NCBI GenBank assembly: GCA_051362555.1
Contig: CM120641.1
Span: 7,316,001-7,380,000, forward strand
Reading direction: 5' to 3'
DNA: 64,000 nucleotides
Origin: Lingula anatina
Lineage: Eukaryota > Animalia > Brachiopoda
This document shows, in pieces, positions 37,110-50,900 of this stretch; within the stretch, counting starts at the first letter, position 1, and each line of letters begins with the position of its first letter. The position numbers were made by a program, and so were the translations under genes. The notes beneath the pieces are model-generated. The model ran no database searches. It was not told the DNA's origin and saw only the letters and a list, made by a program, of their open reading frames with translations.

Positions 37110-40100
37110 TCAAAGTTTTGCTGGCACAGTAACTTTATCTTTAGACTGTGAACTGAAGTTTGGTGTGCTGTTGAATCTTGGGTCTGGCACAGCAGGGAGT
37201 TCAATGTATCTGCCTGAAATATTATATGAATGACTTGAATAACACATATTCTACAGTTTAGCTCATGAAAATTAATACAGGCCCATAGGACGGTGGATTG
37301 AAAAAAAATTGCCCTTTTGACCAAAAAAAGTTCATACTGGGTCTAAGCCATTTCCCCAAAGTGGTGCCAACTACTGGTAAAGGGGTAAAAAGGTCTACTT
37401 TTAAAAAATTGCACCCTCCATCCAAATTGCTGGCTACAGGCCTGTAATATCAGCAAGAAATCTGTTACACATAATTACTTACTTAGGCCCAGGGCCCACA
37501 ATGCATTATTTATTGTCTTTACTAAAACTGAAAAAAAGATATAAGATGATTTAAATAAGAACTGTTCTTAAAGTGTACCCTAATACCATACCTATTTGTT
37601 CACTTATGCTGGAAACTGTCACTTGATTGGGTGATACATATGTTTCGCCACTCCTAAAAATAAGGATTTAATATGGTGACAAACAGTATGGAATGGACAT
37701 GCAAGAAACACATTCAGAACTAGTATTAGGCAAAAAAAAAGGCTGTTCTCACATGTTTATTTGTATATTACAGTTGTATAAAAATCTCTATAAGTTACAT
37801 TAAAATCTTCTGCTTTCAAACAATAACAAGATCATCATGGTGTATTACAACCCCAAACATTTTTTCTTTAATTTTTCCTTTCCATTGTATTGCGAGGCAA
37901 AGTGAAAGACCCATTTGTAAAAATACCTCCATTGTAAAAAATACCTTTTATCTTTGGCCACAGCTCCCATGTGGATCATTGACAACAACCCATTGCCCAG
38001 TATATCCAGGTTCATCACCTCATAATGCTTGAGGCTTCCCTCCTGTAGCCACCTCACAGCCAACTGCTGGGCCTCCTTGCACACCACTTTGGGCTTCTTT
38101 GGCAGAGGTTTGCCATTCACATCACACCCCAATGACAGGAAGTGTTTACAGAGTACCTGAGGATTGTGAATACAATTACTACCGTAATTATACTTTTTAA
38201 CAAAGAATTAAACCTGATATAACTTAACCCTTTTTTATTGGCAGAGAATGTCTTCATGTCTATTAAGAAAAATTAATTTATTTAAAAAAATGAACGTATC
38301 ATGTAAAGATTACAATGCAGAGGAAAGTTTGATCTCATAAATAAGTCAACATGAGATCAAACTTTTTCTTTGCTGTTGTTTAAACAACTGAATCTTTCTT
38401 GATGAGTTCCTGCACCTTATTATTCAATTTCCATTGGATAACCCCAATTTAACAAAAAGAAAAAAATATATTATTTTTTTCTTACCCAATAAGCTAGTAG
38501 GAAAGGTTCAAACATGAGACTAAGGAATGTTGTGTATTTATTGGTTGACTTCTTGATCTGCACTTGATTGTCCACAATAACTAATCCACCACCATGAGTC
38601 AGGTTGAGTAAAGCTTTGTCAAAATCCTGGTGAGAAAACAAAATGGATGAAAATAATCTATTAACAGTTCCTAAGTAATTAAAATGATCTATTATTTATA
38701 CAAAATCCAAAGGCTTCTTCCTTCTTCTTTTTTTTTTTTTTTTTTTTTTTTGTTAGCAAATATAGTGCAGTAGTTAAAAGACTATTTTTTATTAACATTT
38801 TAATACATCTTAAAAGTACATACCTCTTTAGTCTGTCCTGGCTTGAAAACAAACTCATGTCTGAATAGGTGTTCCAAAAATTCATATCTCTTAAAGAGTT
38901 CATCTGCAAAAATAATATAAAATGCGAAGTCAATTTACTAATAAGTTTTACACAATTCTCTTTATAAGCATTTTCATCCCCAACAATGGACACAGTGACA
39001 ATGGACACTGAAGTTTACAGTGTACCTAAAATGACTAATAAAGAATTTAAACTACTAGTGGTCGATTCAAAAGGTTTCCATTAAGTAAACATTTCTACCC
39101 TGTCTCTTACCCATTGACATGGTCTCCTGAAGACAGCCATTCACTGCAAGCGTCACCATGGCAGGCCTCACAAACAGATAGAGAAGCTGGTTTCTGTACA
39201 ACGACAAAAGCACCTGCAAAGCTGCCTGGGATATTACACCATCTCGGCGTAACTCTGGGGTCACATTGGGGGGCGGCTTGATGTTCTTAAGCTCCACAAA
39301 ATCTTCATCTGATATATCAAGGATGTGTTTGTGAAGTTCCAGCCTTGCTCTTATCACCATCTCTGGTTTTTCATTGCCTAGAAGATTGAAAAAATTATTT
39401 GAGTGTTTCTGTCATGATAAAACCTAATTCATCATCCTTATTTTTATATTTTATATCATTTTTATATTATTTCTTCTCTTTGTCTTTTGATATGGTTTCT
39501 TTAAGTCTAAGTGTAATACATTTTTACTTTTAGCTCTATAAATGCTTTACTTATAACTAAATATCATATCAGTTAGACATAGCTAAAAGGTGGTTTTTGG
39601 TACAGGCAGTCATTCAAATCCAAGACCACTGTTTCAGAGTTTCTGTAAATACCTGGCCAATCCACATAACCACCTAAGTTAGCTGTCTGTCTCTTCAGCC
39701 ATTCAACCTCCTTGACCAGCTGTTGAAGATCAATGCCATCTTTGTTCTGAATGAGGACTGTTGCCACCAAGGCCCAGGGAGATATCACCATGTGTTTCTG
39801 CTGTTCTAGAACAACTTGATAGGCAAGTTCCTTCATCAGTTTTTCTTCATCACTTGTGAGACTAGCAATGTATCTGCAAGTTTGAGATAAACTGATTGTA
39901 GTCACATGGATATTGTTATGGATAAACACTATTGGAGCTTTACAACACAGATCATACATATGTTAGTGTGTACTACAGTCTTTCTATCATGTGTGTCAGA
40001 TCGTCAATACGTTAAAAAAAGTTGTATAAGTATACATGACCATGTAGTAGTGATATGGTTCCAATAACAAATGCTAAATGATATAAATTTTGCATTCAGA

Positions 40101-43100
40101 ATGTAATCATAAAACTTTATACAAAGAAATACCCATGCTTTGCCTAACAAATTTACAACAAGGATAAGTGAAATGGGTTATTGCAATATCTGACACCCAA
40201 ATGTGAATCAAAGCAGAAATAATATTCAAAGTTGAAAATGCACAATTATAATCAAAGCATGGAGACTGTTAACAAACCTTGGTGCCAAGCTGTGTTGAAC
40301 CCTGTCTATCTTTCCTATGGAAAACTGTCGGATTGATATTGGTTCACCAATAAACATATGAATATTGCCAAAATCTTCATTGAGTATACTGCTAGCTTTC
40401 AGCAATCCCTATAAGAAAGAATGTCACGTTTGTGCTGTAAGTAATGACATCACAGAAAAAATAGAAACAAACAAATCTTTCACTCTGCCTTGCAAATACT
40501 AAGATAATTTGAAAGAAAAAAAAAGTTGTTTGTTTTTGTTTGACACACACACACCCTTCACTACAAAAATGTCACTGATCAAAGTTATCAGATGTTCTTA
40601 CTGAAGTGGACTCTTTTGGCTTTGGAACTCCCAACAACTCATAGGAGTACAGGCTCTCCTCCAGTGTTCTATCATAGCTGATACTTATAGGAAGCACCAT
40701 GATGTCAGGGACATGGGCCTTGAAGTAGGGTTCCAGGCAAGCCTTCATCATCCCTGGAAATAATTGATGAAACATTATATTAATATTTAACAAGGTTAGT
40801 CCATCCCTGGGCTTTGTCCATTACCTCATCATATACTACTCAGAACACATAAGGACAGAATAATCTTACATCAATAAGAGAATTGCATTAATTGTTTCCA
40901 AATTGATTGCCTTATGGTTAAAAACATTGACTTCTCTGACAGACACCTCAATCAAATAAAAAAAATATTTAATATTTTATTATTTTAATAATTATTATTT
41001 CATGCTACAAAAGAAACACTTACCCAGCTTTGGCACCAAAGATTTTCCTGTTCTGCTCCTTGTCCCTTCCACAAAGAACTCCACAGGTGCATCACCATTG
41101 GTAATGTGTGTTTGTACATACTCAGTGAACACTGACCAATATAACTTGTCTGTACCAAAGGTTCTGCGGATGTAAAATGCACCAGAGTTTCTGAGAAGCC
41201 AACCAACAAAATTCATACCCATGAAATCTGAAAGTAAGTAAAATATTTGGATAAAACCGGACACATCCATTGCAGTAACCAAATAAAAACTGATTTTTGG
41301 TTTGTGAAATATATCAATGCTTTGAATGAGTCATTAAAAAATTCCAGCAAAGTTTTATAATGTAAACAGGGGAAAAAATATGCCTTTTGCATCAATTATA
41401 TTGACTTTTCACCCAGAGCTTTTCATTCTTTTTTTTTTTTTAGTTTCTCCTCTCAAAAACCATACAGGTTTATTTTGTTATTCTTCACAAAAAGAGTAAA
41501 TATCTATTGAAAAGATAAACAAATACAATAAATAAATCTACTAGAGCTTATGGCAAAATTTACCCATGGCAGCTGCAATAACTGGCAGAGGTAGATCATA
41601 GTGATAGAACACGTAGGACATCAAGAGGAAGTCTGCATAACTTCTGTGACTTGGCATTAATATGACTGGATATTCTTTTATCAAATGCTGCACCTGGTAA
41701 AATAACCAATCAGAAAACAATAAATTAAAAGCAATATTGTACTGTACTTGAAAATGTATTTAGAAATGCAAGTGTATGCCCAGGACAATAAACACTCACT
41801 TTTTGAATCTCAAATCATAAACAAAAATGTTCCCCTTCATTAAGTTTATTGCTTCCTTTTCCTAGATTTCTATTCTTTTTATTTGCAAGATATACTGGTA
41901 CAGAAACTTTTGATTTCATGCTTACTCTTGAAATTCCTTCTTTGTTGACATAAACCCTGTTGTACATTTTCTTCATTACTTTTGGCAAGACAGTGGCAAT
42001 TCCCCTTATGGCTCCCATCCGTAGATTGTGCGCCATTTCATCTAGAATTGCATTGGCTTCTTTCTCCACTTCTGCCTTGGGCATGCCTGTCTCAGAGGCA
42101 ACCTATTAAGAATAATAATGGTACATTGAATAATGTTCCACCTGTCAGCTTTTACAGTGGAACACTATATCCAGTACAAAAGTTATGGTCAAATTTCTAC
42201 AGGTATATTTCAAAATTGCAGATTTTCAGAGAACCAATTCTAGCATGTTCACCTGTTCAATAGTGAAGGTCACCCTGTCACTTTTCCTGACATATTCCTT
42301 GATCTGTGCTGATGTTCTTGGATGATTATATTTGTATGCTGGCACCTCTCTTGACCTTATGGCAAACCTTAGGTCACTATTTCCTCTTCTGTCCTCCAAT
42401 ATATCCTCGTATCCATCCTTGAACACGGGGAATGGAGGGAGCTTGTGGGGATCATCTGGTGAATACAGTAGCCATTATTTTCTAAATAACAAATTTGTGA
42501 TCTCTTTTCTTTTACTTAGAATTAACACTGTCATATACCTAATAAATGGTGTCATAAAAATGAATATCTGAAAACAAGATATTTTTACATCATTTTTTTT
42601 TAATGATGGAGGTATGCATTCATGAGAATCAAACATCATTTTCACAGAAGTCATATATTTCACTTACTTATATGTAATTTATAAGATGTGCAAAAAGTCA
42701 TCCTTGAAATTGTGTTGACCAAGAAGAGTTTAGCACTAATTTTTGTTACAGTCTTTTTCAATATCATGACACAACACTTTCACACAATAATGTAAATTTA
42801 AAAGGGTTTGGGATAAACTGATGATCGTGAGAAATTATTCAAGGATAAAAAGCATTTTCATCAGTAGATGTCTGTCATATTTTTGACCAAATGTCTTCAA
42901 TTATTTAATTCTCGGTCTCCGAGATATGCCAAAAATAGTGAATCCTCAAGCTGGACATGATGTGTAGAAAGATGGGTCATCATCTGGAAAAGTCAGTGGC
43001 CTAGATGGTAATAAAAAACATTGAATTAGGCCTTAAAATGGGATTTTCTATTTTCTAATCAGTTAAATTAAAAGATATATATAACACCAAATAATACAAT

Positions 43101-44574
43101 TTCTAAATTATTTAAGAAAAAAATACTAAAATTTGAACAGAAAATTAAGTAAAAAAAGAAAAAAAATTAAGTAAAAAAGAATATATATATTCTTCTTAAA
43201 ATAGATTATTACATATAACTGTTCACAACAGAAAATATTAATCGTTAAACGGTATGCACACCAAGATGGCAAGATGCCAAAATTATAAAATTATAGCCTT
43301 AAATGGACATTTCAAACAAGACCTTTTTGCCCAATTGTACCTAAGATTTTAAACTCTTTTCTGTAACCCGTTTTGTACGCTGTTACATGAAAGGTGTACA
43401 AGGTCCTATATCCCTCATAAAAGTCAATTCATGCTTAGTCACATCAAAGCTTGCTGACATACTGAACAAATACAGGATTAAATGCAGTTTCAAAGGTGAA
43501 AAAACTGATGTTCAGGCATCTTGCAACAAAAGAAAATACATACAAGTATCAAAGCAATATCAATCTGCAGAACTATTAAGCTTGTAGTACATTTAAACAT
43601 GTTGAAAAGCGAGTGTAATACACTGAATATACATCCTTTTAAATAATCTGAATAAATCTATATCTGTTTAGGGTCCACTTTCATTGTCACTCTACATTAC
43701 AAAGTCATGTTAACTTGCAGCTAAAACTTTTCCATTCTCTCATGTTAAAAAAGAAGAGTAGTAATAATAGGAAAAGAGTGAAAAATAATGATAACTAAAT
43801 GGTTGGATGTCTTAAAATAAGATCTTAATCACTTTGCTCATACGCATATTAAGAAGGAATATCTTACCAGTCAGAGAGTGACATATAAACATATTTTAAT
43901 TAAATTTAATTTAATTAAATTAAATAATTTAATTAAATTAAAATTGTGAGAATTACAAAAACCACATGGACAGTTTATGGCTGGGAATTCTGAACCATAA
44001 GAATGAACAAAAAGGTGTAGATTTATTCAGATATAAATCTGACCTAACCATACAAACCAAAATGATGCCAGTTGGTAAAGCAAGCCATTCTTCTCTTACA
44101 AACTGTAGCAGGTTAAATAAACAAATAAACTAAGCACTATAGATCTATATCTACATGTAGTAGTAAGGTGCTTGTACAGTACATTGTACAATGTACTACT
44201 AGTAGAAGTAAATGTTAATATGTTATTTTGAACCAAAGAGAAATGACTGAGTATGTATAAAAAAAGCAAAGAACGGTGGTGTAGAAAAAATCTAATAACA
44301 AAAAAATATTTTGCTATTTACTTGAAAAATTAAAGCCGTAAAAGTGGATTTATTATATCAGTCAAAAACTGGGGTCAGTTATAACAACTGCAGTATCGCG
44401 TTACATTTTACAAAAGCGTACTGCTGCAAAGTAGATTTGGTTAACACAATGTCTATGCTTGCCTTTTTAAGCAGAGTAAAAATAAACTAACTAACAGCTG
44501 AGAAATTAGAGCAAGAAGTACTTGCCTTCCTTTATCCAAGAGTTCCTTGATTGTTCTTCTCTACTGGCTGCCAT
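37110..44574 (-). CDS. GNPAT: Dihydroxyacetone phosphate acyltransferase (glyceronephosphate O-acyltransferase), peroxisomal, ~710 aa
   Basis: Exons: 44574-44526 (GC donor), 42455-42253, 42102-41926, 41693-41564, 41227-41024, 40753-40602, 40408-40278, 39873-39653, 39377-39111, 38903-38824, 38626-38486, 38156-37945, 37653-37592, 37213-37110. All are phase-consistent. Acyltransferase motifs [54 protein letters not shown]; C-terminal PTS1 -AKL. The first exon is the least certain. Confidence 0.96.
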
Positions 44575-45112
44575 CTCTATCTTCACTTTGGCTTCAGTTA
44601 CCCTTTGGCTCAAATAAAAAAATGCTGGTGAATCTTAACACCGCTTTGATATCGTACGTGTTCAGAAAAAAATACTTCGAGTATTCAAGTCAAAAGTCTT
44701 GTCATTTTCGCTACACAAATGGTATTCAAGATTTAATAACCGTCCTTAGAGACAGCATACACAACTGGTCGGTGCCGCCTGCCTTGGTGCATTGAATCGC
44801 CTTATTACTTGACTAGTTCCCAAAATTTCTTAGCAAAATCCTAATCACTAAACATTTTACTGTGCCCCTTATCACATTATGGTACCATAAGTAAAATAGA
44901 AAATCTAAAACTTATATTATCTATGCAATAATATTTAGTAATTATCGTTGCTTCACTACCAACCGGTTGCATTTCTTTATTATTATGAGAACCAAGCAAA
45001 GAGAGCTCTTCTTTGAGTGAAGTCCGAGTATCAACATGAGTTGACATGTGTAGAAGTTAGACCTGTCTATATATGTATATTATTGATAATCTTGCGTGTG
45101 TGCGTTTCAGTA
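44575..45112. promoter_or_regulatory. Putative bidirectional promoter between GNPAT and the secreted hydrolase gene
   Basis: The divergent start codons are separated by only 538 bp, and CpG is locally more frequent than in the flanking introns. Confidence 0.6.
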
Positions 45113-47906
45113 ATGCATCTATCGTGGATTGTCATAACATTTTCTTTATTTTTAGCGGGGCCAACAAATTCAAAGAAAAAAGATTTGTTGGTAAGTGCAT
45201 GTTAAATGCTTTTGGCTGATTACTGTTGACTTAGGCTGTATTCCCAGAGCTTTTAGATCGATCTATCCCCGCGGGGAGTCTCACTAGATTACTGTCAGAT
45301 AATCCGGCTTAAATATCCGTCCCGCCTACTACAAGCTGTAAGGGGGTAATTAACTTTCGTGTCCGCCCGGCTGACAGCTATTTGGCGTAAACCCCCAGGG
45401 AGTTAGGTCGATCTAAAGTAGATCGATCTAATCTCTGGAAATGGGGTCTTAGGGTGCTTTCCCAGAGATTTAGATCAATCTAAAGATTAAGTTTTAGATT
45501 GACCTAACTCCCTGGGGGTTCACGCTAAATTGCAGTCAGCTGAGTGGGCACCATAGTTAATTACCCCCTTACAGCTTTTAGTAGGTGGGACAGACGCTTA
45601 AGCCGGCCAAGCTGACAGTAATCTAGTGAGACTCCCCACAGGGATAGATCGATCTAAAATCTATGGAAATGGGGTGTTACATTTAACGTGGACACATACT
45701 GGTATACCTAACCAATTATGATATTTTAATTTTTATGGTAGACAGGTTTGGTATTTTCATGTTGTTTTATATTGCTTTTTAGATTATTCAGTCAAGGTTA
45801 TAGCTTAACTTTTTTTTTTAATTCTCTATTGATAAGCTCGAACAGGGCAAATGGAAATGACTGCATGTATCAATATGTTATGACAATCATACTAATGAAC
45901 TTGCAAACAAGATGTCGAGGCTGTCCCCACAAGTGGGTACATTGCACAAAAACATCGCAATATACGCAGCTTTATCGCACACATGCAATCACATTTATTT
46001 GGTGCTCTATTAATCATGCTTTAAAATCACTCCCAAGTTTTAAATGAGGATATCCATTTCTTATGAATGTCAGCTCACCATGTATTTATGTTACAGAAGT
46101 CCTCCACAGATTTGTTAGAAAAGGAAAGCAAACATCTGAAATCTTCCAAATCTGGTTGTTCACTTAAAGCAATAAATGCAAGAGCAATAGATTATCTAAG
46201 GATCAATAATGAGGTAAGTTGAAAATTTCGACAAACCTTTTAAAGGGGATTTTAGATAAAATTTCATTCAAGAAAAATCAACTTTAAGAGTATTAATTTT
46301 TCCTTAAGACAGATTAAAAGAGTTCATTAAACACCAGAAGTTTTTTTTTTTTTTTTTTTTTTTTTCTAGTATGAAAAAGCCATTCCCTGTTTAATCCAAG
46401 TCTTGCAGGAGTCTGGCTCACAGACTGACAGTTGGTTATGGGCATCATTGGGCCATGTGTATCAAAACTTGCAAAAGACAGCACTGGCTACCAGCAGCTT
46501 CAAGCAAGCCTCAAAACTCCTAGGGAAAGTCAGCAGCTTTATTAAAGAATGGCATTTCCTTGGGCCCTTCGTCATTGGAAAGATGGAAGTTGATGGAGAC
46601 CCTGTGGCAGCTATGGGAGGAATTGCAAATGTCTCAGCAAACAGATATAAAAAAGGGTGGAAAATGTTCTCTGAATTGATCTCTGATGGCGAGGTGAGAT
46701 GGCAGACACATATACAGAAAGCTCCAGGTCAGATATTACAGATCTCTCCTGATGTCAAATGGGGAGAGTTGGTCAACTCACTGGGGTCTGTGGGCATCAC
46801 AGAGTGGCAGGGTTGGCTGGTTGGGGAGTTTGCAGTGACAGAGAATGGTCAGAATATATTATTGCAATGTGAAGGCGTAAATACAGTATTAGTGGATGGG
46901 TTGCCTGTTGTTGGGGATGTTTATCACAGAGAAAAATTTTGGTTTTCTGTTCAGTTGGAGAGAGGAATACACACAATATATATACGGTTGAGAACTAAAG
47001 CTGTCCAGAATGTCAAGTGTGAGATCAAGGTAACAACATCAAGTTTTGATATTTTAAAGCCTCACTTCTTGCCTGATTTAATTGATGGGTATCTGTTTAC
47101 TGGTTACATTCCACTGCCTATTGTAAACACACATTCTACTAAATGGTTAAAAAATATAAAGATAACAGTACAAGAACAGTCTGATGGGTCAGACCTGTCT
47201 GTGGCCAGTCCCCACATTCCATATGACATTGCACCTGGACAGGCCATGCCTATTGTGATCAAACTCATTTCAAATGAAGCTGAAATTGTTGAAGAATGTA
47301 TTGATATCATGTTGAAACTCAAAGTGTCAACCTCTGAGGGACAGCTGCTATATCCAGTCACTCTGCGGTGTAGAAGACAGAGAGAGTCCTTCTTGTTTAC
47401 TTTTGTGGACCACGATGGCTCAGTCCAGCATGCAGCTGCCATACAACCTCTGCGAGATTGTGAGGGAGGAGTATGTCCTGTGTTGCTCACATTACATGGC
47501 ACTACTGTCCCTCCACAGAACCAGGCTGACAGCTATAAAAGGATGAGCAATGGCAAGTTTATATTTGGACTGGAGAAAGCATGGGTCTTGGCACCAACAA
47601 GGTATTGTTTGAATCTTAACATAATTCTAATTCATGTTTATAAGTTGTCTTTTGTACAAATTTGGTATCATAATCTGCCTTCCCAGAGTGGATAAACTAA
47701 TGAAAATTTATTTTTAGTTTTGGCATGCAAAAAGATCTATGAACCTTTATGTATAAACTGGATGAGATACATAAAGCAATTTTATAATTTATTCATGTGC
47801 AAATAGAGACAGCTGATGCCATTTTATTTACATTCCATATTTCTCAGTTTGTACAGTTTCTTTCTTCAAGTTTATTTTTGACACTCAAAAATGCAAAGCA
47901 AATACA

Positions 47907-47943
<37 letters not shown>

Positions 47944-50900
47944 ATATATAATTCACATACACATGCAATTGATAAAAGGTTGAATATGGCAACTTACTAC
48001 CACAGGGCAGCTGGACCATATTGAAAGTAAAGGATTCATATATTAATAGCTGACTGTGTTTAATATCACCTTTAATGTATATATATATATATATCTTATT
48101 CCATCTTCACTAGTATAATCTGGTGTACTTCAGACATGGTGCTCACAACTGGGAAGGACCTGGTGCTCTGACTGCAATGACAGCTCTCAACCAATTGGAA
48201 GATCTGCTGAAGGGCTCAAAAATATTCAGAAACCTTGCAAGCAAGAACCATGTTATATTTGCAGGTTAGAAAATAGTGAGAATACAGTTCTGATAGATAT
48301 TTTCTTTGTGTTTTTCTGAGGCAGTGTCAGAAATAACAACTCACCCCAAGCAAGCAATTTCCAGGTGAAGCGGTAAGGTATAACTTCCTAATCAAAGGGC
48401 ATGTATGATAGTTGAGTCTTTTAATCTACCTGGCTGTAGTGTCCAGTGAATAAATGAAAGTGACATTTGTAATGCATTATTTGATATTATAGTTAAGAAA
48501 TAGATATTTTAAATGGGTCAGAAGAATGCATTCAGAATATATTAAGATTAATGTATTGATTACTTAAATTTAGTGCATTATTGAGTAAAAAATTAAGTAA
48601 AGACATCAGTATACAGTACAAAGTATATTAATATGGTTATTTTTTTCATAAGACTCATTGTCAAAATATAAATGAGGTACATATGTATTTGATATAGAAT
48701 AAGGGGTTTATTTAATGTAATTTCAAATTTAATTTTAATTTTAAATTTATTTTTTTTAATACAAGTAGTAATAGTATAAGAAATGGAGGAAAAGTGAGTA
48801 TTAATTTCATTTTGAATTGAAGAACTTACTTCATCCATCTTTAGGTCACTCTATGGGAGGTCACGGAGCCTGGCATTTGTCCACACATTTTCCTGACTAT
48901 GCCCTCGCTGTGATATCTCTGGCTGGGTGGATTAAGAAGGAAGAGTATGGAGATAGCAACTTGTTCTTTAGGTAAAGAGTCTGCTACATTAGCCACCAGT
49001 CCAAACAAAATTATTAGTACATGATTCACCAGCAGACTAGTAAAAAAATAATAATAACAGTGTTTCTTAGCTAGTTATCCTGAACTTAAGGTCATGTGTG
49101 ACAGCTTTTTCATTTTCTAAATTTCTTATGTGGATATGCATTGTCCCACAATGGGGCATATATGAAAGCTTGTAAGTGAAGAATCTTGCCGATATTGGAT
49201 CTGAAACTCAGACTAAGTTTGATCAGACTAGCAATTTGTTGTTGGTTGTTTTAGATCATTTGCCCTGTTATCTAGATTTACAGATCTCATATTTTGGTTA
49301 GTTTAGTTTAATTCAGACTAGTAGAAAGGCCTACCAGACTGTGTGACTAAGCAGGCCAAAATTTGATGTGAAGAGTAGTAAATATTGATTGGCATTTGTT
49401 ATGTGGTGTGTATGCCATTATCTAAATTCTTCCAGATTTTAAAAGAAATTATTCCATCTGACTACCAAATACTTTGCCTTCCAGTCATACAGTGACTGCG
49501 TGAATGAACATGTCAACAACGTAATTGTGGATCTCATGGTTATTTTGATTTAAATAATTTCAATTTTTTCATTAATTTCTCTAAACTTCAGACATGATAT
49601 TGCCACCAGTCACGTTGACCCAGCAGTGAAGTCTGTGATGGAAGCATGTATAAGTGAGAATGATGCTGACCGACATGCATCAAATCTCAAGGTGAGAAAT
49701 TATGGCATGTTCTTAAAATGAATGGCAGAGCTTTTTCTCTGGAGATTGCACATCAGTACTTGAAGCACAGTTAATATATGTCAATTGAGGCAAATATATT
49801 TCCTTGTTGTTAAAAATGTGAATTGTTTTTAGCCATTGGGAAACATGATACATCAAGAATGAACATAGAATTTAAAAAGATTTTTTTACATGTCTAAATC
49901 TTACTGTGCTTTAGAGATATTAGTTACACTGAAATGAACATGGGCTCCAAATTTATTTGAAAAAAAGGGTGTTCCTGTGCTCCTCCGTATAGGCGCCATG
50001 GATAAAACTGTGCATCCATATTTTGTGCGGCGTATGTACAGGATTCTCCAGGAGTCGGGAGTGGCAGTAGAATACAAGGAAATACCAGGCAAAGAACACT
50101 GGTGGTGGGATACACGGTAAAGAAAATGGTTTTGTTTTGATTCATTTATTCATGCTAATTACCTATGTATGATTTGGCTTAAGAGAATATAAAACTGTTA
50201 GAGCTAGTTATTATCTTACAAACTATTAGTTGACTATTTTGTGGTCATACATGTACCCACAACTTTAACCTGTGAATACTGATTTAATGGAGAAAGATAC
50301 TTTGAGACATAAGAAACATTTCAGCATTTGTCTAATTTAGCTACGTAGTCTTTTTTTTTTTTTTAGCTACGTAGTCATTTGGTAAACAAATACATTTAAA
50401 TTTACAGGGAGACAAATGATGGTGGGGCTGTCAATGACAAACAGCTCAGGGATTTCACATCAAAGTATGCATCAATACCTGAAGAGGGCAGCACATGTAC
50501 TGCTGATAGCTGCAGTACAGTGGGATCTGGAAATAAATACACACAAACAGCATTTGGACCAGAATCTTTTACATATACTGTTCTCAACCCTGCTTTTGGG
50601 GGCTCAATGAGAGGAATACAGATTCTGCTTCAACTCACACCTTTCAGGACAAGTAAAATCCAGGTATTGTTTTTGTAATTTTTAAACATATGATATGAAC
50701 ATTAAATTAGTCTATTTAGCTTAATTGCCATTGGTATTCTTTATCATTTAGAATAACAACTCGTATCAAACAATTATATATTGAGTTATTTGAAATGGTA
50801 CAACAGCTTCATTCTCATTTACAATATTGTATGAAATCTTATAGGTTGATATAATTAAAGATTCTTCCATAATAATGAAGACAAGCAATGTGAAAGCATT

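Noticed and set aside
43893-43945. AT-only quasi-palindrome
   Set aside because: Low-complexity (TTAAA/AATTT)n sequence, so self-complementarity is trivial.
47104-47502. 132-aa antisense ORF inside the long hydrolase exon
   Set aside because: It is a shadow of the sense coding frame with no independent signal.
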